NCBI GenBank assembly: GCA_030141605.1
Contig: JAQGDQ010000737.1
Location: 40,409 to 104,408, forward strand
Direction of reading: 5' to 3'
DNA length: 64,000 nucleotides
From: Tubiluchus corallicola
Lineage: Eukaryota > Animalia > Priapulida
In this document: in pieces, positions 51,588 through 61,457 of the stretch
How positions within the stretch are numbered: the stretch's first letter is position 1
How the letters are laid out: the number at the start of each line of letters is the position of its first letter
Notes under the pieces: generated by a model
What the model saw: only the letters and a program-made list of their open reading frames with translations
Told to the model about the DNA's origin: nothing
Database searches by the model: none
Program-made: the position numbers and the translations under genes

Positions 51588-52290
51588 AGACATAGACATA
51601 GACATAGACATAGACATAGACATAGACATAGACATAGAACATTTATTTTCTCCAATTAGTTTAACATCAAAAGTTTTAACATCATTAAGTAATTATAATC
51701 CCGGAGCAGGGCAGGGAAGGACCATAGGGCCATCTAGTCTCCTGCCCTTTTATATAAATAGATTAGTCATATTAAAAATTAATGGTGATGCTGCAGATAA
51801 CAAAAACAAAAACAAATAAGAGAAAAATAATAATAATAACAGTATAAATGATACAAATTAGCCAAAAAGAACTGAGAACAAAAAATAGTAAAGTTATATA
51901 CCTAAATCAAAACAAAATAATTCAATTATCTACAATACAAACAATACAAACTACCACAATACAATACAAAAACGATACAATACAATCCTAAAGCAATTAG
52001 GATTATTACATGTAGTAGTTTCAAATGGGGTCTTATTAACGGGAATTTGACCACGGTTAGTGAGTAAAGTTAAAAAACTGAGAGTATGCAAAGAAAAAAT
52101 AAGCATAAAAAAGTATGATATAGGAAAATTTATGAGAAAAAGTAAGTATGAGAAAGAGCAACAAGGAGATGAAGAGAAAAAAAGAAAAGAAAAAAAACTT
52201 GCTAGATTGCTTATTAGTCTTACAAGTTATGTACTACAGGTATATCCATTTAGTAGGATTTTTGTGTATTCTTTGGAAGCAGAAAATAAG
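51588..52290 (-). mobile_element. 3' end of CR1/L2-like LINE with (TATGTC)n tail
   Basis: (GACATA)n at 51588-51636; 52240-52290 is the reverse complement of the LINE end at 13020-13072. Confidence 0.75.
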
Positions 52291-52294
52291 TGCA

Positions 52295-52580
52295 TGTTGC
52301 AGTGAGTGTTGCAGAGAGTGTTGCAGTGAGTGTTGCAGAGAGTGTTGCAGTGAGTGTTGCAGAGAGTGTTGTAGTGAGTGTTGCAGAGAGTGTTGCAGAG
52401 AGTATTGCAGAGAGTGTTGCAGTGAGTGTTGCAGTGAGTGTTGCAGAGAGTGTTGCAGTGAGTGTTGCAGAGAGTGTTGCAGGGGGTGTTGCAGTGAGTG
52501 TTGCAGAGAGTGTTGCAAAGAGTGTTTCAGTGAGTGTTGCAGAGAGTGTTGCAGGGGGTGTTGCAGTGAGTGTTGCAGTG
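52295..52580. repeat. 12-bp tandem repeat, ~24 copies
   Basis: Unit gagtgttgcag(t/a). Confidence 0.95.
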
Positions 52581-52648
52581 CTAAACTGATAATTTTAGCC
52601 ATAAATCAATCTAGTTCTTTCTTTGTTAAAGTGTTTTTCTTTCTTTAG

Positions 52649-52775
52649 TGTCTGATTTACGAAGGAGGTTCCGTTGAAACGTTTCCATCTTCCTTATCAG
52701 TGCCTCCAGAATCAGGACCATATCCGGTCAACTTGCTTTCCTGTCCCAAACAACCTGGACTAATGAACATTATAG
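52649..52775 (+). CDS. TRAPPC9: TRAPPC9 exon
   Basis: CLIYEGGSVETFPSSLSVPPESGPYPVNLLSCPKQPGLMNII|gtaaaa. Confidence 0.92.
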
Positions 52776-53011
52776 GTAAAACAAATTCTTGTCATTAGAG
52801 TTTCTTTTGATAATATAATTAGAAATATGATTAATTAATTAATTAACAGTATCATTGTACTAATTGATCTATAGTTCTATGTGTATGCATTTTTTATTTT
52901 GTACTTGCTGGTGTACATAACAGTAATTGCATATTTGTGCAATAAATTCAATTGAGTCGACTTTTGTGATTACTTATTACTTGTCATTAATTAATTATCA
53001 CTCTGATTGTC

Positions 53012-53225
53012 AGAATTTTTATAAACCATTGCGGTTTATTTTACCAATTATTATCCATTGGTCCACCTGTACGCAGGGCTTGTAGCTTAGGTGGTAGAGC
53101 ATGGGAGTACCAATCTCAGGTCTCGAGTTCAAATCCCGACTAGTCCAGAATTTTTCAGCGTCTCATTTCTTCAATTCGATGGGTAATAAATGATAAGATA
53201 AACTGCAATGGTCTGTAAAAATTCT
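53012..53225. mobile_element. Small inverted-repeat element enclosing a tRNA-like sequence
   Basis: ~49-bp imperfect inverted repeats at 53012-53060 and 53177-53225. Confidence 0.7.
53076..53147 (+). pseudogene. tRNA-like sequence (ACC at the anticodon position), probably not a functional tRNA
   Basis: A box TAGCTTAGGTGG, B box GAGTTCAAATCC, foldable cloverleaf with mismatches, T-run downstream. Confidence 0.7.
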
Positions 53226-53273
53226 AGCATTCACAGTAATTTTCATTTGTTTAAGTGGTTTCTCTCTGCACAG

Positions 53274-53484
53274 GTTACTCAATGCTCATACTGGGTGTAC
53301 GAAGCCATTGTAAGCTGAAAGATTTACCCCAGCTCAGGCAACAGAAACATGTCATCTCTGTCGTACCCGGCTTGCCAAAACTTCACCTGGAGACATCATT
53401 GTCGAAATCGGCCAGTTTCACTAGCTTAGTCGACAGCGGGTGTATCGTTAGTAGTGGCTCCGTGAGCTTGTATGCTGGTCAAAT
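53274..53484 (+). CDS. TRAPPC9: TRAPPC9 exon
   Basis: GYSMLILGVRSHCKL...VVPGLPKLHLETSL...VSLYAGQ|gtacgt. Confidence 0.92.
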
Positions 53485-53638
53485 GTACGTCACGTTCCAT
53501 TGTTTTTTTAAAAACTATTTTCGTAGATGATGTGTGTATAATTGATTTTTAGCAGCTCTGTGATTGGTTGTTCAATTTCTAGCATGTTTCGTGAACTTGC
53601 CAGTGGAGCTCAAGTCGCAGCTGCCAGACTTTGTAGTT

Positions 53639-54384
53639 GTTCATTTTTAAATACAGCAGTAGCCTTTGTGACACGACAGACAGCATTTTGAGCTCATTTT
53701 TAAATACAGCAGTAGCCTTTGTGACACGACAGACAGCATTTTGAGCTCATTTTTAAACACAGCAGTAGCCTTTGTGACACAACAGACAGCATTTTGAGCT
53801 CATTTTTAAATACAGCAGTAGCCTTTGTGACATGACAGACAGCATTTTGAGCTCATTTTTAAACACAGCAGTAGCCTTTGTGACACAACAGACAGCATTT
53901 TGAGCTCATTTTTAAATACAGCAGTAGCCTTTGTGACACGACAGACAGCATTTTGAGCTCATTTTTAAATACAGCAGTAGCCTTTGTGACACGACAGACA
54001 GCATTTTGAGCTCATTTTTAAACACAGCAGTAGCCTTTGTGACACGACAGACAGCATTTTGAGCTCATTTTTAAACACAGCAGTAGCCTTTGTGACACAA
54101 CAAACAGCATTTTGAGCTCATTTTTAAATACAGCAGTAGCCTTTGTGACACGACACATAGCATTTTGAGCTCATTTTTAAATACAGCAGTAGCTTTTGTG
54201 ACACGACAGACAGCATTTTGAGCTCATTTTTAAATACAGCAGTAGCCTTTGTGACACGACAGACAGCATTTTGAGCTCATTTTTAAACACAGCAGTAGCC
54301 TTTGTGACACGACAGACAGCATTTTGAGCTCATTTTTAAACGCAGCAGTAGCCTTTGTGACACGACAGACAGCATTGTGAGCTC
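53639..54384. repeat. 53-bp minisatellite, ~14 copies
   Basis: Unit gctcatttttaaatacagcagtagcctttgtgacacgacagacagcattttga. Confidence 0.96.
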
Positions 54385-54507
54385 AAGGAAAAGCGGACCC
54401 AACCCTAATCTGTAGGTCAAAACAATTTACTCTTGGTAAAAGGAACCATTGTGAAAAATGTGTGATGAAATCTATTTCAGCTAGACTTTATTTTACCAAA
54501 GTCCTTA

Positions 54508-55110
54508 TTTAAGGTAAAACCAGACTCATTCTTAAATTATAGGTCAAAACAATACACTTTTGTAATACTGAAAGGAAATATGCTATTTTTTCAAAAATGT
54601 GATTAATGTGAAAGAATTATTACCTCACAAACGCAATTTTATGTTCACACCACTAGTTCTTCCCTGCTACATGCATTTCGCCATTCATTAGTTAGACGAG
54701 CACTAATGCCTGCATTTTCGAAATGCACTGAAAAATAGTTTCTGCAACTTTCAGTTTAGATGTGTTAGTTTGTGATGTACTGCACATGCTCAACAGTTCA
54801 TGCGTGAGCACAGCGGTAAATTTAAAATTTCGATTTTTATCTTAAGTTTTGCCAAGTTCTTCTACATCACACTGAATGTTGGACAGTAGCACTGTACTTC
54901 AATTTTCACTTTCACAAACACGTGTAATACGCTCATGGAATGTTTGTGCTGTTAAAAGTTATTGTAGCTTGTGACATCATCACTAGCTGTGTTCGCCCGC
55001 CATTAATTAAGTTCTTAAAATATTATATAATTATCAGAAGTGCATTGGCGTTATTATATGTGTTAAAATGTATATATTTTCCGTACTTCAAAATGGGGTA
55101 GGATGCAAAT
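54508..55110. mobile_element. Kolobok-like element copy (short extra 5' fragment at ~54385)
   Basis: TTAAGGTAAAACCAGAC start and internal similarity to 45227-45851. Confidence 0.65.
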
Positions 55111-55575
55111 AATGTCGTTTTGTAGTGTAGATACAACTGACCAGCAACTGAAAATGCCTCACACTTTCTGGTCACCTAGCTAAAAGTACTACCTATTTTT
55201 TGGTCAGCTAGCCAAAAGTGACTCCCACTTTCTTAAACGCCATTAGGTTCAGGAGAAAATTGATGTCGAGTGAATTTCAGAAAGCATTTTTTTAACTTTG
55301 CCGTGCTATAGGCTGGAATCAGTGCAGAGTGACAGGGCCTATTCAGTACAATGATTTTGCCTAGCTCTTGACCAAAGATAGTCCTCTTAGTTGACCCACT
55401 GAATTGGCCGAGGTGCCTGAGCCGCATTTCAGTGTACATGCATCCTCCCTCAGTGAGGTAAACAGCCAGGATCAGTATGGCAAATTAAAACCACTTAGAG
55501 CAAATATCTAACCCTGGTAGTCATATGCTATCTTATCCATTCCATTTTTCATCATCGTATTGTTTGGTTTTGCAG

Positions 55576-55661
55576 ACACAGCTGTACTGTGATCTTAACA
55601 AACGTATCTGAACAGCCTGTTGAACGTATTGATATCAGCCTGGAAACAAGACTAAGCAAAA
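55576..55661 (+). CDS. TRAPPC9: TRAPPC9 exon
   Basis: ttttgcag|A CAC...HSCTVILTNVSEQPVERIDISLETRLSK|gtatgt; phases 2/1 fit both neighbours. Confidence 0.88.
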
Positions 55662-56063
55662 GTATGTATGATGGATTCTGTTTTGATAGAGCAAAACTAT
55701 GTATGATGGATCATGTTGACTGAGCAAAAGTATGTATGATGGATCATGTTGATTGAGCAAACGTATGTATGATGGATCATGTTGATTGAGCAAAAGTATG
55801 TATGATGGATTCTGTTTTGATTGAGCAAAAGTATGTATGATGGATCATGTTGATTGAGCAAAAGTATGTATGCTGGATCATGCTGATTGAGCAAACGTAT
55901 GTATGATGGATCATGTTGATTGAGCAAAAGTATGTATGATAGATTCTGATGATTGAGCAAAAGTATGTATGATGGATCATGTTGATTGAGCAAAAGTATG
56001 TATGACAGATCATGTTGATTGAGCAAAAGTATGTATGATGGATCATGTTGATTGAGCAAAAGT
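55654..56063. repeat. 33/35-bp tandem repeat (~12 copies) of a TRAPPC9 splice donor
   Basis: Unit ttgagcaaaa|gtatgtatgatggatcatgttga; the first copy is the real exon end. Confidence 0.94.
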
Positions 56064-56334
56064 TTATATGTATGGATCCTAAAGCATCTTATTTCTTCTG
56101 TGAGTGTGAAAACTCATGAAAACTTACTAATTAGCGTCAAAAACAAGTTTGAGAAACATCAAGTAATGTAATTAGTATCATAAACGACTTCAAGCTTCAA
56201 CAGTGGCAAGTAAAACTTGGATGAAAAAGTTTCAAAAGTATTATCCTTTGTGCTTTTTCATACTAATTAGCTTCTTGATGTTTCTTGCGACTTCTTAATA
56301 CTAACTACCTGGCTGTGCCTGTGCTGCTGTTTTT

Positions 56335-56765
56335 TTATAGCTCCTTGATGCTCCTTGACACCCCTTGATGTTTATTGATGTTCCTTGACACTGATTGATG
56401 CTTTTTGACTATTTGACACTTCTTGATTCTCCTTGACATCAATTGATGTTCCTTGACACTTCTTGACACTCCTTGACTGATTTATAGTCCTTGGTACTTC
56501 TTGATGCTCCTTGACACTCCTTGACATTGATTGATAATACTTGATACTGATTGATGCCCCTTGACACTTCTTGATATTGATTGATGTTCCTTGATACTGA
56601 TTGATGCTCCTTGACACTCCATGACATTGATTGATGCTTCATGATACTTTTGACATTGATTCATGTTCCTTGATACTGATTGGTGCTGCTTGACACACCT
56701 TGACATTGGTTGATGTTCCTTGATACTTCTCAATCCTCCTTGACACTTCTTGACATTTCTTGACA
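56335..56765. repeat. Degenerate ~10/21-bp tandem repeat
   Basis: Recurring tccttgacac / tgattgatgc motifs. Confidence 0.85.
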
Positions 56766-57039
56766 GTTTTTGGCTTTGTTTGATGCTAATTAGTATGAGT
56801 GATTTTTGGAAAACGTATGCACGAATTTCGATGTTCAATTATGGAGTAAAATTACTTGTCTTTATTTGACTTTTCTTGGCAACAATGATGAGAGTTTGAC
56901 GATTATGAGTATTTCAATGATAACTCATTGTTTTGCACGTTTGATACTCTGAGTTGCTTACACACGAAAGAACACGTTATAGCGAAACTATATACAAGAA
57001 GCGAAATTTGAAAAATGACGACATTTTCGTGTTTTGCAG

Positions 57040-57183
57040 AAAGATCTGTGAAGTTTTTTTCCTGGGACGAGGAAGAGGTTCAGTCAAAGCTTCCATTACT
57101 GCCCGAAAAGAGCATCACGATGATGTTGAAAATTGAGGCCGTCAGCGATTTTGTGGTCCAGGACAGTTTGCTCAGTGACGAAG
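57040..57183 (+). CDS. TRAPPC9: TRAPPC9 exon
   Basis: KRSVKFFSWDEEEVQSKLPLLP...AVSDFVVQDSLLSDE|gtatgc. Confidence 0.9.
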
Positions 57184-57290
57184 GTATGCGTAGCACCATC
57201 TAATTTATGCAATCATTTACCATTTATGCGTACGTGTTTTCAAAACAATACAAACACGTTAGTTAATCTGTAAAGAAAGAATGCAATGTC

Positions 57291-57643
57291 CGGGGATGAG
57301 AATTTTCCACGGATACATCAGTGTAATCATGTGGATATCTCTATGTATAAAAATGTAGAATCAATTGTGTGGAGTTATTTGAGTCAATTGCAGACAGTTT
57401 TTATATACTTTTGCATAGGAACAGCCAGTACTTAGGCGTTTTTGAGACAATTAGGTATCATGTATCCTTGATAGTTGGGTATTTTAAATTATGCATGAAA
57501 CAAGGTAACTGATATTTTAAGTCCACTTGGAGGCTCTCTATGGTCACAAAATTGCAATTTGTTGCTGGCTTCAAGGGGGTTTCGCGCCCCCTAAATCCCT
57601 GGCCTATTTCAGAGTTTTTTGAAATTTGTCATTCTCATCCCTG
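57291..57643. mobile_element. hAT-like MITE, copy of 43646-44164
   Basis: CGGGGATGAGAA ... TTCTCATCCCTG; flanks aatgtc/aatatc. Confidence 0.8.
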
Positions 57644-59002
57644 AATATCAGCATTATTAATACACACTCACACAAGTAAAGCTTGAAATTTTTTAGTACA
57701 TAGAAATCACACAGTAGTTTTAAAACAGTATTTATATATTCGAGTATATCGTACAGTTCAACATAATTTAAAAAACTGAAATTGTTATTTCCTTGAGCAT
57801 CTAAAATGTCTAATAAAAAGTGCACAGTTGTCAGAAAATCCGCTTTAAACCAAGCCTGGCTTCTTTGGTGGCCTTACAATATTATTTAGATCGTATGCTT
57901 CATTCGTGCATGTGTAACCATGTGTTTAGTTAACCTTGCGTATAAAAAGGAAGTGTCACCGTTGATCGGTGACCACCTATCAGCAGGTACCACAAAAGGT
58001 GGTCCCCTTTTTCTTGTTTTTAATATAGGCCTATAAGTGAGATTATTTAAAGTGTTGTGAAGTATGTGATTATTTTTGTTATAATTTGTAACTTGTAACG
58101 TAATGTAAAGTGCAACAGTTAAATTTGTTAGTAAAGTGTATTATTAGTGTGGCCACAATTTATACAACTCGTTATGTTTCTCTAATGACTATTTTTGACT
58201 GGATTATTTTCACAGCACGATTAATGCAAAATCACAGGTAAGAGCAAATCAATCAATACCCACTAAGGTTTAAGCGTAATGCAACCTTTTCACTGCCATA
58301 AATTAGACGTAAATTAGTGTTAACAGTGCACCATCAGGACAGACTCTCCCTCTCTTTAAAGCTATTTGGCATCAAAATCAATTTTTTCGATAACAGTATT
58401 CATTTTATCATTATCAGGATGATATTAGCATTTATTGATATCTTTAAAACTATCACTAAAAATTTAAATTATCACAAATATTGATTAGTTTTTAACAGAC
58501 TTTGCATTAAATCCTAGAATGGGGTAAATTGACAAGTTGGTGTTTACGAGCAAAGAAGCTGATAGGGAATTACCTGCTACGTAAACTTTTTACCTGTATC
58601 TTTACAAAACATTTATGAAATGTCATACAAGGGTGATCAGTATTGCATACAAACGGTAACAAATAGCAATGACTTCATACTTTTGTCTCACTGCAACCTT
58701 CCAAGGTAATATTACCTCACTGAGGTAATATAATTAAACCGTGTTTGGAAGTTGTTATTTTTTGGGGTCAGTTCTAGCAAATTAAAAAAAACTCACTGCA
58801 CCAAAAGTAGTAGCCGTTATTGAGCCATAAACTTGTCTTTAACGAGCTTGAACTGTAAACGAAATTGAATTAAAATCTATGGCTTCAGTAAATACATTAA
58901 ATACATGCATTATTAATTATTTATTTAGATATGTAATAATTAAGTAGCTGCAGAAATTTTATGTGATGTAGTAAAGTGAATGGATTTTTCTGATGCTTTC
59001 AG

Positions 59003-59079
59003 ATGGTACTGCTGCTGACATTTCGAGGAGGAGTAGCGTCGCAAGTTTCACCGCACCTGTTGACTCTCATCAAGCCAAG
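59003..59079 (+). CDS. TRAPPC9: TRAPPC9 exon (last one recognised; gene continues beyond the window)
   Basis: ctttcag|AT...GCCAAG|gtaatt. DGTAADISRRSSVASFTAPVDSHQAK, in frame with the previous exon; low-conservation linker. Confidence 0.75.
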
Positions 59080-59090
59080 GTAATTAATTA

Positions 59091-59358
59091 CAGGTAGTCA
59101 TCGACATACGACCTGTGCAGCTTTACGACTTTACGACCCGACCACAACTTAATTATACAAAACTAATTATTACTCGTATTTCTTTCCTTTTTAAGCGAAT
59201 TTCAAATCGCTATCTGTTGCAACAATTCATTCCTAGGTGCCGCCGTACTTAGTGCATGTACACACAGAAACATCTCACACGTTGGTGTGCACCATTTGAA
59301 TGTCCGGGTCCGACTTACGACCCATCTGCCGATACCAACTGTGGTCGTAAGTTGACTG
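59091..59358. mobile_element. Tigger-like MITE
   Basis: TA|CAGGTAGTCATCGACATACGACC ... GGTCGTAAGTTGACTG|TA. Confidence 0.62.
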
Positions 59359-59538
59359 TAGCTCAATGTAAAGAATTAATTGTCCTACTGACACCTCCTA
59401 TAGAACATTTAAATACGATTCATTATAGTAAAGTACATCCGGCAGTCCACAGTCACTAGTTGTTTTGATTTTTCAGTCATTTAACATAATTTATTGCAGT
59501 TTAATTCTGAATTTTATTTGATGAAAAGTTGGACGTTG

Positions 59539-60149
59539 CTAAAGCAAAACTGGACCCAATCTTAAACTGTAGGTCAGTATAATTTAGTTTTTAAAATATT
59601 GAAAGGGAATATACTATTTTCAAAGAATTATTATCACACAAACACAATTTCACATTCGCGCCACTAGTTCTTCGCTGTTACATGCATTCATTTCGCTATT
59701 TGCTAGTTAGACGGGCACTAGCGCCTGCATTACGGAAACGCATTGCAAAAAAACATGCAGTACCACTCGGTTCAGAGGTGTTGGTTTGTGACGAACTACA
59801 CACATTCGGTAGATCATGCGTGAACACAACAGTAAATTTGAAATTTGAATTTTTAGCTTAAAAATTTGCTAGTTTTATTACAACACACTGAATATCTTAC
59901 AGTAGCATTGTATTTCAATTTTCACCTTCACAAACACGTGCAACATGCTCGTGGGATATTTTTGCTGTTGAAAATTATGTTAGTTTGTGATGTCATGAAT
60001 AGTTACACTCCCCTGCCATTAACTAAGTTTTTAATCTATTACTTAATTACCAGAAATGCTTTTGCAGTATTATTGGTGTTAAAATGTATACTTTTTATCA
60101 GATTTGAAAATGGGGGTAGTATATGGAAAATCATCCTGTTTTCTTTTAA
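59539..60149. mobile_element. Kolobok-like element copy
   Basis: CTAAAGCAAAACTGGACC ... TCCTGTTTTCTTTTAA. Confidence 0.72.
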
Positions 60150-60695
60150 GACTTGTGAGTTTTCTATACGAGCAACTTTACTACATGTTATCATTATGCA
60201 TCGTACAAAAGTTTGGCATGAATGTTGCAGTTCTGTGCGTTGATGAGTTTTACATGTATCATTAATCATCAAATTAACACTAGCTGTGAATTTATTGTCT
60301 AATTGGCTTTCATTGCGCAGATTTTAGTGGATTTGTTCCTGCGAATAAAAATGTTTCCGCATATTAAAGGAAGGAACAAGTCACTCAGTATGTTAGGTTC
60401 ATTTTGCTGTTATCACTTAAACTTCACTCCCATCAGTAATGAAGATAATAATATTATCTGCATAACAGCAAAAACCTTGAAATAGCTTTGAGTTGCTAAA
60501 GAAATTACACAAAACCTCCATGATTTTATTCCATTCACAAACATCCAAGACAAACTATGTTGATTATATGATATTTCAAGCATTTTAATAATTAATGACA
60601 AATGTTAATTCAAATACTGACCTATAAGAAGCTTTAAAAACTTGTATGAGATAAATTTGGATGCTCAATATTCACCCCAATGCAAGTTAATTTAT

Positions 60696-60870
60696 TAAAG
60701 GGAAGAACAAGTCACTCAGTATGTTAGGTTCATTTTACTGTTATCACTTAAACTTAGAAAAATATAACAAAGAAATTTGCAAAGCACTGCCTATAAAGCA
60801 TGAATTTAAAATGTGCTACCTCTGAATAGAAATTTTCAGGCGTGGTGGTTGCCGCCATGGTTGAAAACTT
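60696..60870. mobile_element. Interspersed repeat fragment (also 36173-36350 and 60364-60424)
   Basis: Shared aagtcactcagtatgttaggttcattttactgttatcacttaaactt...; starts TTAAAGG. Confidence 0.65.
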
Positions 60871-61457
60871 ATTATATTTATGCTGATATGATATTTTGGA
60901 GGTACTGTCAAACATTAGGACTCCAGGAAAAGTTGGCATTAAGCGAGTTTGGCATTATAAAGTGTTGTATAACGAGGTTTGATCAGACTGCCATAATCAT
61001 GTGACATATAACTTTAGAATTCATAGGGATTAGCACATTTTGGCTGAGTTGCTGCACAAAATGTATTTCAGTAAAAATTTTGATATGTTTATGCTCATAG
61101 TTTATCCACATTGAAGCCATGAAACAGCATGTACTATTGATACTGGTTACTGTGAATGTTTTGCGCTCGTATGAAATTTAATTAAGGCGTGCAGGCAGCC
61201 GTAGAATTTTGTTGCAGGAAGAGTGTTTTACACAAACGAAATTACTTGAATGGAAATAACTGATAGTAATGTAATTCCAAAATGTCATACTGACTGCAAA
61301 TGCTCTTGGTTTATTGTGCTGTTAGTGCCCAGCTTTTACTTAGAAACTAGCAGAACTTCAGAGAAACCTGAATAGGTACAAAGTTTTTACTTACTAACAT
61401 CATAAACGTTTGTTTCAGTGAAAAATAAATTACTTTATCTTAAGCAAGTTGTTGTGT

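Noticed and set aside
52148-52648. Cys-rich ORF (SECCRECC)n resembling metallothionein or keratin-associated proteins
   Set aside because: Translation of a 12-bp intronic repeat that is open in several frames, and its start lies in an antisense LINE tail.
53076-53147. Functional tRNA-Gly gene
   Set aside because: Stem mismatches, purine at the first anticodon-loop position, rare ACC anticodon, and embedding in inverted repeats.
58216-58237. 22-nt microexon with good splice signals (ttttcacag / gtaaga)
   Set aside because: Not a multiple of 3; inclusion gives a stop in the next exon. At most a poison exon, with no support.
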